This document shows positions 27,188 through 36,019 of a DNA stretch of 46,714 nt, piece after piece; position 1 is the first letter of the stretch, and every line of letters starts with the position of its first letter. The notes under the pieces are model-generated. The model saw only the letters and a list, made by a program, of their open reading frames with translations, ran no database searches and was not told where the DNA came from. Source of the stretch: Syntrophaceae bacterium UBA2192 (lineage in GTDB: Bacteria; Desulfobacterota; Syntrophia; Syntrophales; UBA2192); NCBI GenBank assembly GCA_002327315.1, contig DCVI01000173.1, positions 10,971-57,684 on the forward strand, given 5' to 3'. The translations under genes and the position numbers were made by a program.

Positions 27188-27874
27188 ATGAAAACCTTCA
27201 AAGTCTCTCTGACGCTGACCATGCTTCTCCTGCTCACGGGCTGTCTGGCCACGAGCTACGACGCCGCCATGAAGCGCGAGCCCATTGTCGTTCCCCCTTC
27301 GCCTCCGGAGGTGAAGGCCACGCTGTCCCCCGGTTCCATCTGGCCGGGCGCGACGTCGAACAACCTGATCTTTACCGACCGCAAGGCCCGCATCATCGGC
27401 GACATTGTGACGATCGTCGTCGACGAGAAATCAGAAGGGGAAAACAACGCGAACACGGAAACAAAGCGCACGTCGCTGACAGCGGCCAACATCACCGGGT
27501 TTTTCCAGACCAGCCCGGACAGAACAATCATGTCCGGTTACAAACTGGGCGGCGGACTGGACAGCAACCTGAAGGGCGAGGGGAAGACCAACCGCGACGG
27601 CATCCTCAAGGGGAGGATCAGCGCCCGCGTCGTGAGAGCGCTTCCCAACGGCAACCTCATCATCGAGGGCCGGCGCATGCTGACGGTCAATTCCGAGGAC
27701 CAGTTCATGGTGATCACCGGCCTGATCCGTCCCGACGACATTACGTCGGACAACCTGATCAACTCCCAGTACATCGCCGATGCCCGGATCGTCTATGCCG
27801 GCAAGGGGGTGGTGGACGACAAGATGCGGCCGGGCTGGATGACCCGGGTCGTGGACTGGGTATGGCCGTTCTAG
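27188..27874 (+). CDS. flgH: L-ring lipoprotein FlgH
   Basis: Lipobox LLTGC, DRKARIIGDIVTI, LPNGNLIIEG, GLIRPDDI. Start is 27176 or 27188. Confidence 0.95.
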   Translation: MKTFKVSLTLTMLLLLTGCLATSYDAAMKREPIVVPPSPPEVKATLSPGSIWPGATSNNLIFTDRKARIIGDIVTIVVDEKSEGENNANTETKRTSLTAANITGFFQTSPDRTIMSGYKLGGGLDSNLKGEGKTNRDGILKGRISARVVRALPNGNLIIEGRRMLTVNSEDQFMVITGLIRPDDITSDNLINSQYIADARIVYAGKGVVDDKMRPGWMTRVVDWVWPF

Positions 27875-27892
27875 GCGCGAAGCGCCTAGAAC

Positions 27893-27920
27893 AGGGTGTA
27901 GGGTGTAGTGGACAGGGTCG
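27893..27920 (+). repeat. Short AGGGTGT array after a hairpin covering the flgH stop
   Basis: ttctaggcgc-gaa-gcgcctagaa (27869-27891), then agggtgt agggtgt agtggac agggtcg. Confidence 0.65.
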
Positions 27921-27966
27921 AGGAAAAGGCAAGAGAATTGCAAGGATAGAGAATTTGACAGTGGGG

Positions 27967-29157
27967 ATGAAGATGAAGCTGAATCACATGCATCGAGGGA
28001 TTTTGACGGGGGTCGCGATCGTACTCATCGCCTGCCTGTGCCTGCCCGTTTCGGCCGGGGCGGCGCGTATCAAGGACATTTCCTCGATCGGCGGGATCCG
28101 GGACAACCAACTCGTTGGCTACGGCCTCGTGGTGGGCCTCATGAGCACCGGCGACAGCATCAAGAACGGCTACACCCGGGAGACCTTGTCCAACATGCTC
28201 TCCAGGCAGGGCCTCGCGATGCGCGACAAGGACCTCAAGTCCAACAACATCGCCGCCGTAATGATCACGGCCGTGCTGCCGCCATTTGCGAAGACAGGCG
28301 CCAAGCTCGACGTCATGGTCTCCTCGGTCGGGGATGCCAAGAGCCTTCTGGGGGGCACTCTCCTCATGACGCCGCTCAGGGGTGCCGACAACGAGATCTA
28401 CGCCGTGGCCCAGGGAGCCGTGGTCGTCGGCGGCTTCGTGGCCGGTGCGAACTCGGCCTCGGGCTCCGTCACCGGGAAGAACCACACGACCGTCGGCTAT
28501 ATCGCCAACGGGGCCCTCATCGAGAAAGAGCTCCAGTACGACTTCGAGAAGACCCGCCAGCTCACGGTGAATCTCTATCAGCCCGATTTCACGACGCTCA
28601 CCCGGCTGGCCTCGACGGTGACTTCCCGCATTGGGGATGTGGACGTGAAGCTCGTCGATTCGAGCTCCGCCCTGATCACCATCAAAAATTCCTACAAGGG
28701 AAGCATCGTGAGCCTGCTGTCGGCCATCGAGAACCTCGATGTCTCCATCGACACCGCGGCCGTCGTCGTCCTCAACGAGAAGACGGGGACCGTTGTCATG
28801 GGAGAAAACGTAAGGATTTCAACAATCGCCGTAGCCCACGGGAACCTCAGCTTCCAGATCAGGGAAGATTTCAATGTGTCCCAGCCCCTGCCTTATGCAC
28901 CCCGCGGCACTGGCGGGGTCGTCGACGCGGGACGGGGTGTCACAATGGGATCAGGCGGCCAGACCGTCGTGACCCCGAGCACACAGATCAACGTTTCCGA
29001 GGAAAAGAAAGCCCTCACGGTCATGCCCAGGGGGGTCACCATCCAGGACGTGGTCCGGGGCCTCAACGCCATGGGCGTCACCCCCCGGGACCTCATTCAA
29101 ATATTACAGACCATCAAGGCTGCGGGGTCCCTGCAAGCCGACCTGAGAGTGATGTAG
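27967..29157 (+). CDS. flgI: P-ring protein FlgI
   Basis: Signal peptide then ARIKDI..GGIRDNQLVGYGLVVGL; GDAKSLLGGTLLMTPL. Start approximate. Confidence 0.96.
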   Translation: MKMKLNHMHRGILTGVAIVLIACLCLPVSAGAARIKDISSIGGIRDNQLVGYGLVVGLMSTGDSIKNGYTRETLSNMLSRQGLAMRDKDLKSNNIAAVMITAVLPPFAKTGAKLDVMVSSVGDAKSLLGGTLLMTPLRGADNEIYAVAQGAVVVGGFVAGANSASGSVTGKNHTTVGYIANGALIEKELQYDFEKTRQLTVNLYQPDFTTLTRLASTVTSRIGDVDVKLVDSSSALITIKNSYKGSIVSLLSAIENLDVSIDTAAVVVLNEKTGTVVMGENVRISTIAVAHGNLSFQIREDFNVSQPLPYAPRGTGGVVDAGRGVTMGSGGQTVVTPSTQINVSEEKKALTVMPRGVTIQDVVRGLNAMGVTPRDLIQILQTIKAAGSLQADLRVM

Positions 29158-29167
29158 GAGAACGGAA

Positions 29168-29560
29168 ATGGAAGAAATCCGGCATATCCCGCCCCTGGCG
29201 ACGCAGAGCCTGGCCAAGATGTCGGCCAGGGCCGATGCCGCCTCGACGGAGGATGAGGAGAAGGATCGGAAGCTGAGGAAATCCTGCGCCGATTTCGAAG
29301 CATTGTTCATCAGTTACATCTTTCAGACCATGAGAAAGACGATCCCCGAGAGCCAGACTGCAACCAAGATGCCGGGGAAGGACACCTATACGATGATCAT
29401 GGACCACAAGCTCTCCGAGGACCTGGCCCGCCGGGGCGGTATCGGGCTGCAGAAGGTCCTTTACAACCAGCTGAAGCGTCCCGAGGGGGCCGTGAAGCCG
29501 GACGAGGGCAGCGGGGTCGAAATTGACCCTGCCATGAAAAAAATACTAAAGGCCGACTAG
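29168..29560 (+). CDS. flgJ: Short rod-binding FlgJ (no muramidase domain)
   Basis: LRKSCADFEALFISYIFQTMRKT...GGIGLQKVLYNQL. Confidence 0.88.
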   Translation: MEEIRHIPPLATQSLAKMSARADAASTEDEEKDRKLRKSCADFEALFISYIFQTMRKTIPESQTATKMPGKDTYTMIMDHKLSEDLARRGGIGLQKVLYNQLKRPEGAVKPDEGSGVEIDPAMKKILKAD

Positions 29561-29574
29561 GGTTTTGCCGATAG
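29547..29574 (+). promoter_or_regulatory. Sigma-28 promoter of flgM
   Basis: TAAAG-N15-GCCGATAG. Confidence 0.85.
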
Positions 29575-29604
29575 GTGTGTTAAGATTCCAACAAGGAGTA
29601 CGAC

Positions 29605-29916
29605 ATGAAGATTTCCAAGGTTGACGACGCCACTCTCCAGATGATCCAGCAGTACCAGAAGACCGAGAAGGTCGAGGACCGCGCACCGGAGAAGGCCGCT
29701 TCCGCCAGCAATCTCGTACCCGAGGAAAAAGTGAATCTTTCCACCACGGCAAAGGACGTGCAGAACCTGAAGAACGCCATCTCGAAGCTTCCCGATGTCC
29801 GGGAGGAGAAGGTCCAGGCGCTGAAGGACCGGATCGAGAAGGGCACCTATCGGGTGGATGCGGACAAGGTTGCCGATAAGATGGTGGGAGAGTCACTGAT
29901 CGATCTCCTCTCCTGA
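29605..29916 (+). CDS. flgM: Anti-sigma-28 factor FlgM
   Basis: VNLS...PDVREEKVQALKDRIEKGTYRVDADKVADKM. Confidence 0.95.
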   Translation: MKISKVDDATLQMIQQYQKTEKVEDRAPEKAASASNLVPEEKVNLSTTAKDVQNLKNAISKLPDVREEKVQALKDRIEKGTYRVDADKVADKMVGESLIDLLS

Positions 29917-29998
29917 CCATTCAGGCGGTGTTCCCGCCGTTTCGTCTCCCTAGAACTTTGTCCAGTCCTGTCCCCGTAGGCCCGTGTCGGAACTGAAA

Positions 29999-30030
29999 CG
30001 GGTGGGAAGCGATTTATCGCTTCCCACCCG
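29999..30030 (+). other. Perfect 14-15 bp hairpin between flgM and flgN
   Basis: CGGGTGGGAAGCGAT-tt-ATCGCTTCCCACCCG; no U-tract. Confidence 0.75.
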
Positions 30031-30085
30031 CTAATCCCGTCGCCGGGTTTGCCCCCGGGACCGTCACTCGCGGAAGAGGTGTATC

Positions 30086-30637
30086 ATGCTGAGCTGCAAC
30101 ACACAGGGGATGAACGAAGTGGACGTGAATACCGATCTGAATGGCCACCTGGACTCTCTGCTGGGCGTGATGAGAAAGGAACTCGAAGCCTACAGGGAAC
30201 TTGCAGATGCCATTGAGGGCGAAAAAGGGGTCCTGATGAAACCCTCCCTGGAGAGCCTCAACGCGAGCAATACCCGAAAGGAAACCTGCATCCTCAAGAT
30301 CCGGATCCTGGAAGAGCTCCGGATGAGGGTCCTCGGGAGGATCGCCGCCGTTCTCGGACTCGATGAGCGCAACCTCCATCTGCAGACTCTCCTGCCCCAT
30401 GCGAAGGCGGATCTCCGCCAGGCGCTCCGGGAATGCCAGACGGCACTTCGCTCCCTGCTGGCCCGCATCAACGAGGAAAACCGCCGGAACCGTGCCCTGC
30501 TGGATGCGTCCCTGTCGGGGGTGCGCACCACCCGCCATTTCATGGAGAATCTCATCGGCAGCGGTTCGACGTACATGGGTTCGGGGGAGTTGAACAACGG
30601 CGGCCTGAGCGGCCGGATCTGTTCGGAGAGAGGGTGA
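30086..30637 (+). CDS. flgN: Export chaperone FlgN
   Basis: Helical protein with INEENRRNRALLDASL, between flgM and flgK. Alternative start at 30110. Confidence 0.85.
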   Translation: MLSCNTQGMNEVDVNTDLNGHLDSLLGVMRKELEAYRELADAIEGEKGVLMKPSLESLNASNTRKETCILKIRILEELRMRVLGRIAAVLGLDERNLHLQTLLPHAKADLRQALRECQTALRSLLARINEENRRNRALLDASLSGVRTTRHFMENLIGSGSTYMGSGELNNGGLSGRICSERG

Positions 30638-30641
30638 AACC

Positions 30642-32021
30642 ATGTCCGGCATCTACCAGATCCTGAATACGGCAAAGGACGCCTTTCTCGCCAGCCAGAT
30701 CTCCATGGAGGTGACGGGCTCGAACATCGCCAACGCCTCGACGCCCGGCTACGTCCGGCAGCGGGCCGTTCTCGCGGCGAAGAGCCCCGGCGAGGTCGCC
30801 GGCAACGCGACGCAGTCCGGTGTGGAGATCACGACCATCGAGCGGCTCTACGACCGCTTTATCGAGTTCCAGATGGTCGATCAGTCCTCGCAGGTGGGCG
30901 ATGCCTCGATCCGCAAGGAAACCTTCGACCGCATCGAGGCTATCTTCAACGAGACCGACGGGGGCGGCCTCAACGATCTGCTGAACCAGTTCTGGACGGC
31001 CTGGGAGGACCTGTCGGCATACCCCACGGGCCAGGTGGAGCGGACGGCCCTGGCGAACGCCGCAGACAGCCTGGCCACGATGTTTCGCGAGTACGCGGGC
31101 GAGCTCTGCAGTATCCAGACCGACCTGAACGTACAGATCGAGGCATCGGTTGGCCAGCTCAACGGAACTCTCTCCGACCTCGCCTCCCTGAACGACAAGA
31201 TCGTCCAGGGGTATAGCGGCGGCGTGAACGTCAACAACCTTCTGGACCAGCGCTCGGAGCTGCTCAAGAAAACGGCCGGACTCATCGATATTCAGTATGT
31301 GGAGGAAACGGGCGGCGCCGTCAACGTCTTCACGAACGACGGCCGGGCCCTTGTCCAGGGGAACTCGTCCTGGCAGCTCGCGGTCCGGAACAACGGAGGT
31401 TTCTACGACGTCGTGTACGCCGACAATCCGACCGTCCCCATCAACGATGCCATCGGCGGCGGGAAGCTCTCGGGGATGCTCGGCATGAGGGACACGACCG
31501 TGTCGGGCTACCTGACCGAGCTCGACGATCTTGCCCGAACGCTGATCGACACCGTGAACGCCCAGCACGCCCTGGGCTACGACAACTACCGGAACGTGGG
31601 CGGGAACTTCTTCGAGCCCCTCGGCTCCACGGGGGCCCGGGACATGCAGGTGGCTGCCGCCATCCTGGACGATCCGAATCGAATCGCCGCCGCGGCGACC
31701 GTGAATGCCGACGGCGACAACGCCCGGGCGATCAGCGCCGTCAAGGACCAGGGCCTCATGAGCGGCGGCCTGTCCACCCTGGGGGATTTCTACGCCGCGC
31801 TGGTGGGGCGGATCGGCCAGGACGTCGCCGAAGCGGGACGGACGGCGACCCACGAGGCGAGCGTCATGACCCAGATGACCAACACCCAGGAGCAGCGCTC
31901 CGGCGTATCCACCGACGAGGAGATGATGAACCTCATCAAGTTCCAGATGGGCTATGCGGCGGCGGCCAAGCTGGCCGGCGCGGCCGACGAGATGCTCCAG
32001 TCCCTCCTGGATCTGGTGTAA
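30642..32021 (+). CDS. flgK: Hook-associated protein FlgK
   Basis: VTGSNIANASTPGYVRQ, NLLDQR, SGVSTDEEMMNLIKFQMGYAAAAK. Confidence 0.96.
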   Translation: MSGIYQILNTAKDAFLASQISMEVTGSNIANASTPGYVRQRAVLAAKSPGEVAGNATQSGVEITTIERLYDRFIEFQMVDQSSQVGDASIRKETFDRIEAIFNETDGGGLNDLLNQFWTAWEDLSAYPTGQVERTALANAADSLATMFREYAGELCSIQTDLNVQIEASVGQLNGTLSDLASLNDKIVQGYSGGVNVNNLLDQRSELLKKTAGLIDIQYVEETGGAVNVFTNDGRALVQGNSSWQLAVRNNGGFYDVVYADNPTVPINDAIGGGKLSGMLGMRDTTVSGYLTELDDLARTLIDTVNAQHALGYDNYRNVGGNFFEPLGSTGARDMQVAAAILDDPNRIAAAATVNADGDNARAISAVKDQGLMSGGLSTLGDFYAALVGRIGQDVAEAGRTATHEASVMTQMTNTQEQRSGVSTDEEMMNLIKFQMGYAAAAKLAGAADEMLQSLLDLV

Positions 32022-32078
32022 CGACCACGCGCCCTCCGCCGGGCCACCCCTCGACGGCGGGCTGAAGAGGTGTCTTTC

Positions 32079-33593
32079 ATGCCGATGCGCATCACCAACA
32101 ACATGCGGTTCACGACGATCGTCGACAACCTGAACCGGGCGCAGAACAATTACAGCTCGCTGATGGAGCAGATGTCGTCCCAGAAGAAGATCAACCGGCC
32201 CTCGGACGATCCCGTGGGGGCGACGCGCGTCCTGGACTACCGGAGCGCGCGAGACTCCATCGCCCAGTACGGCCGCAACATCGAAAACGCCAATGCGTGG
32301 CTGGAGATCACGGAAACCAAGCTGGGAAACATCGGCGATCTCATCGCCGAGGCCCGCAATGCGGGGATCAACAACCAGTCCTCGGAAACCGCGCAGGTCC
32401 TCGCCCAGAACGTGGGGTCGCTGCTCGAGGAGATCCTCTCGCTGGCAAATTCGAAGTTCGGCGACCGCTATCTCTTCTCGGGGTCCGCAACCGACGGGGC
32501 CCCCTTTGAGCGGATCATCCAGCCCGTGGCGAATTCGGCAAACGGCTTTGACGGTTCCGTCTACACGGGCGGGACCTACACGGGGACGGCGGACAAGTCC
32601 TGCACCGTGCGAATCGCGGGCAGCGGCGCTCCCGGCACGGCCACCTACGAGCTCTCCGACGACGGCGGGACCACGTGGAGTGCCGCGGCCACCGTTCCCG
32701 CATCGGGTACCGTGAGCCTCGGCGACGGCCTGACGGTCCGGTTCGGCGACGACGGCACCACGGAGCTCACGGCGGGAGACCTTTTTTACGTGAACGCCTA
32801 CACCGGCGGCCGGAGCACGGACGCCCGCACCGACACGCCCCGGGCCGCCGCGAACAACGGCTTTGCGGGGACCGTGTCGCTCGACGCTTCGAGCGGGACC
32901 TACGGCGGCGACCGGAACCGGACGTACGCGGTGAAATTCGTCGGCGGCGGCGGCGCCGTCGGGGATGCCGACTACCGGGTTTCCTCCGACGGGGGAAAGA
33001 CCTGGGGCGCCATCCAGACGGCCTCCTGGGGGAACACGATCACCGTGGACGACACGGTGGGACACGAAATCGTGCTCTCGCTGACGGCATCGGGACCGAC
33101 GGATCTGCTTGCCGACAACGATCTTTTCTTCGTGAACGCCACTGCCCCGGGGGTCTACGGCGGAAACGGCGAGGATCTCTCCATCGCCACGGGCCGCGGG
33201 AGTCGCATGACATACAATGTCACGGGGGAGGAGGCCTTCACGGACCGGGGCAGGGGTGCCGTGGATCTGTTCGCGACGCTGGAGTCCCTGAAAACGGCAC
33301 TGGAGAATGGGGACCGGGAGGGTGTCAATGCCCAGGTCGACCGCCTCACCGCCGCCCAGGACAGCATCCGGCAGTACGTGGCCGAGAGCGGGGCCCGGAT
33401 GAGCAGCCTCAACATCTCCAAGGAAAACTACCAGGTTCTCGACAACAAGATCGGCGGCCTGCTCTCCGAGACGGAGGACGTCGATCTCGAGCAGGTCATC
33501 GTCGAATTCAAGATGCAGGAGACGGCCCTGCAGGCTTCCTACGCCATGTCGGTCCAGATCGGAAAGCTGTCGATCCTGGACTACCTGGGTTAA
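32079..33593 (+). CDS. flgL: Hook-associated protein FlgL with a duplicated internal beta-domain
   Basis: MRITNNM...SSQKKINRPSDDP, ANSKFGDRYLFSG, C-terminal KLSILDYLG. Confidence 0.94.
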   Translation: MPMRITNNMRFTTIVDNLNRAQNNYSSLMEQMSSQKKINRPSDDPVGATRVLDYRSARDSIAQYGRNIENANAWLEITETKLGNIGDLIAEARNAGINNQSSETAQVLAQNVGSLLEEILSLANSKFGDRYLFSGSATDGAPFERIIQPVANSANGFDGSVYTGGTYTGTADKSCTVRIAGSGAPGTATYELSDDGGTTWSAAATVPASGTVSLGDGLTVRFGDDGTTELTAGDLFYVNAYTGGRSTDARTDTPRAAANNGFAGTVSLDASSGTYGGDRNRTYAVKFVGGGGAVGDADYRVSSDGGKTWGAIQTASWGNTITVDDTVGHEIVLSLTASGPTDLLADNDLFFVNATAPGVYGGNGEDLSIATGRGSRMTYNVTGEEAFTDRGRGAVDLFATLESLKTALENGDREGVNAQVDRLTAAQDSIRQYVAESGARMSSLNISKENYQVLDNKIGGLLSETEDVDLEQVIVEFKMQETALQASYAMSVQIGKLSILDYLG

Positions 33594-33600
33594 AAAGGTC

Positions 33601-33628
33601 TCAAGTTTTCTGGGAAACGGGTCGATAT
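33601..33628 (+). promoter_or_regulatory. Sigma-28 promoter of the flagellin gene
   Basis: TCAAG-N15-GTCGATAT, about 135 nt upstream of the ATG. Confidence 0.82.
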
Positions 33629-33764
33629 GTAGCAGTGAAAGGGCAGAAAAATCCGGAAAGGAGGTGGAGTAAAGAGGGGGGCTTGAGCCCGATAAGATTC
33701 CGACGCTCTTTCAGACCCGCCGGCAAGAATGCCGGTCAACAATCCAGAAAAGGAGACTTGAATC

Positions 33765-34589
33765 ATGGCAATCAGTGACATCTCTTTGACCGCAGGAATG
33801 CGGAACAACCTCGTCAGCCTCCAGGGCACCGTCGATCTTCTCAACAGGACCCAGGAAAGACTGGCCACCGGCAAGAGGGTGAACAGCCCCCTGGACAACG
33901 CGACCAACTACTTTGTCGCCAAATCCCACATGGACCGCGCATCCGACCTGAGCGTGCGCAAAGACGGCATGGGGGAGGCCATCCAGACGGTCAAGGCCGC
34001 CAACGCAGGCATCGCAGGCATCACGGACCTGATCGCGAGCGCCAAAGGTATCGCCCAGTCGGCCCTTTCGGCAGCGACCACGGAGCGCGCCACCCTGGCG
34101 ACGCAGTTCGATGCGATCAGGAGCCAGATCGACACTCTGGCCGGCGATTCCGGCTACAAGGGAACCAACCTCCTGTCCGCCACGGCGGCGGAGCGGACCC
34201 TTGAAGTCAAGTTCAACGAGGACGGCTTAAACAAGCTGACGATCACCGGCTCCGACGCCACGACATCGGGCCTGGGCGTCTCCGCTACGGTGGGCAGTTG
34301 GGCTGAAGTCTCCAACGTCACCGTCTCGATCGGCAAGCTCGACACGGCGCTGACCAACCTGAGAACGCAGGCCAAGACCCTGTCCTCGAACCTCAACATC
34401 ATCACGACTCGAGATTCCTTCACGCAGGGGATGATCAACGTTCTCTCGGAGGGCGCCACAAAGCTCACGGCAGCCGACACCAACGAGGAGGGTGCCAACA
34501 TGCTCATGCTCCAGGTCCGACAGTCCCTGGGCACGACGGCACTCAGCCTCTCCGCCCAGGCGGCGCAGTCTGTCCTGAGGTTGTTTTAG
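33765..34589 (+). CDS. fliC: Flagellin of alphaproteobacterial type, 274 aa
   Basis: ISLTAGMRNNLVSLQ...QERLATGKRVNSPLDNATNYF and ADTNEEGANMLMLQVRQSLGTTALSLSAQAAQSVLRLF. Confidence 0.93.
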   Translation: MAISDISLTAGMRNNLVSLQGTVDLLNRTQERLATGKRVNSPLDNATNYFVAKSHMDRASDLSVRKDGMGEAIQTVKAANAGIAGITDLIASAKGIAQSALSAATTERATLATQFDAIRSQIDTLAGDSGYKGTNLLSATAAERTLEVKFNEDGLNKLTITGSDATTSGLGVSATVGSWAEVSNVTVSIGKLDTALTNLRTQAKTLSSNLNIITTRDSFTQGMINVLSEGATKLTAADTNEEGANMLMLQVRQSLGTTALSLSAQAAQSVLRLF

Positions 34590-34667
34590 TAACGGGGACC
34601 TGAACGGGAGTGCCTATATCCCGTCGAATTCGGCCCCCATGCAAGACCAGACTCTCGCATAGGCCGT

Positions 34668-34700
34668 GCATGAGGAGGGGCGCTGAGCCCCTCCCCATGC
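34668..34700 (+). other. GC-rich hairpin between flagellin and its paralog
   Basis: GCATGAGGAGGGG-cgctgag-CCCCTCCCCATGC; no U-tract. Confidence 0.6.
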
Positions 34701-34722
34701 CTGCCTGGCAGGAGGGCACGTT

Positions 34723-35598
34723 ATGGAAGGAATCAGAACAGCAATGGATCGGGCGCTGATCGCCGTCGAGCAGGCAAAGGCCTCGATGGACACGGCGACG
34801 AAGCGGATCAGCACGGGCAAGAAAATCAACGCCCCCGCGGACGACCCGGCCCGGTGGGCGGCTGTCCAGAAGGGACGCTCGATCGACGGGCATCTCCAGG
34901 CCGTCAACTCCGGCCTCGAGTCCGTCGCGATCGGCATCCGCGGCGCCGACCAGGCCATGGCGGCCATCGAAGAGCACATCGATCAGATGATCGAAGCCGT
35001 AAAGCTCTTTCCGCCGTACCCCGAGGGGGACAATTCGGAAGAGCGGATCCGGATGCTCCGGAGCTTCAACGGGATCCGGCAACTGATCGACCAGCTGACC
35101 ATCCCGGCGAAGGACGACCTGGGACAGGCGATCCTGTCCGACCCCGCATCGAACCCGGAGGTGCCGGATTCGTGGCCCGTCATCGTCAATGAGCAGGGGG
35201 ACGTCAAGACGATCGGGCGCCGGGAGGTCCACACGGGTCCCACGGGACTCGACATCCCCGAGATCAGCGAGGCGGACATCACCGAGAACGGAGAGATCGG
35301 AGGCCCTCTGAGCCAACAGAAGCTCGACGATATCGCGGCCAATCTAGAAAACGCCAAGGCCATCCTGAGGCAGCGCAGGGACGCACTCGGCAGCGACGCG
35401 GCAGCCATCGGCCGGGCGAAGTCGTCCAATGAAACGGCAGCCGCTTTCTACACGTCCTACGCAGAGAACCTCGAGGCAGCCGACGTCAACGAGACGGCCG
35501 CTCAGGTGACAAGCATCCAACTCAAACAATCCCTGGCCCTGGAGTCGCTGGGAAGCATCACCTCCCTGCGCTCGGAGCTGGTCGCGCTGCTGAAGTGA
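34723..35598 (+). CDS. Divergent flagellin-family paralog
   Basis: KRISTGKKINAPADDPA and LEAADVNETAAQVTSIQLKQSLA; GGAGG RBS. Confidence 0.85.
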   Translation: MEGIRTAMDRALIAVEQAKASMDTATKRISTGKKINAPADDPARWAAVQKGRSIDGHLQAVNSGLESVAIGIRGADQAMAAIEEHIDQMIEAVKLFPPYPEGDNSEERIRMLRSFNGIRQLIDQLTIPAKDDLGQAILSDPASNPEVPDSWPVIVNEQGDVKTIGRREVHTGPTGLDIPEISEADITENGEIGGPLSQQKLDDIAANLENAKAILRQRRDALGSDAAAIGRAKSSNETAAAFYTSYAENLEAADVNETAAQVTSIQLKQSLALESLGSITSLRSELVALLK

Positions 35599-35602
35599 TC
35601 TC

Positions 35603-36019
35603 ATGGCACTGAGAATCGAACTGAAACCGCGCGAGCGGTTCATCCTGGGGGGCGCCGTCCTGCAGAACGGCGAGGCGAGATCGGAATTGATCCTCGAGAA
35701 CAACGTTCCGATCCTCCGGGGGAAGAATATCTTGAGCCTGGAGGAGGCCGATACCCCCTGCAAGCGCATCTACTTTCTCATTCAGCTCATGTACGTGGAA
35801 GGCGGCAATCTCGCAGAGCATCAGGACGACTACTGGGCCCTGGTCCGCGACATCGTCGAGGCGGCACCCAGCGTGCTCGGCCTCATCGACGCCATCAACG
35901 AGCACATCGTCGGCGGCCGTTACTACGACGCTCTCAAGCTGACCCGGAAACTCATCAATGAAGAGGAGAGGTTAATCCATCATGCAGACTCAGGTGCAGG
36001 CATACCAGAACACCCATAA
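35603..36019 (+). CDS. flbT: Flagellin translation regulator FlbT
   Basis: MALRIELKPRERFILGGAVLQNG...EEADTPCKRIYFLIQLMY...YYDALKLTRKLI. Confidence 0.92.
   Translation: MALRIELKPRERFILGGAVLQNGEARSELILENNVPILRGKNILSLEEADTPCKRIYFLIQLMYVEGGNLAEHQDDYWALVRDIVEAAPSVLGLIDAINEHIVGGRYYDALKLTRKLINEEERLIHHADSGAGIPEHP

Noticed and set aside
27154-27966. Apparent 667-aa N-terminally extended FlgI (and the 381-aa extended FlgH from 26729)
   Set aside because: The extensions are off-frame reads through flgH and flgA; the signal peptide and lipobox mark the true starts near 27967 and 27188
29168-29560. Short flgJ as a truncated pseudogene
   Set aside because: Rod-binding-only FlgJ is normal outside beta/gamma-proteobacteria, and the ORF is intact with an RBS
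30552-33065. 837-aa antisense ORF, and other long antisense ORFs such as 4162-5703, 4620-6350, 8978-10462, 36836-38323 and 38336-39592
   Set aside because: They lie opposite well-recognised genes, have no motifs, and are expected shadows of GC-rich codon usage
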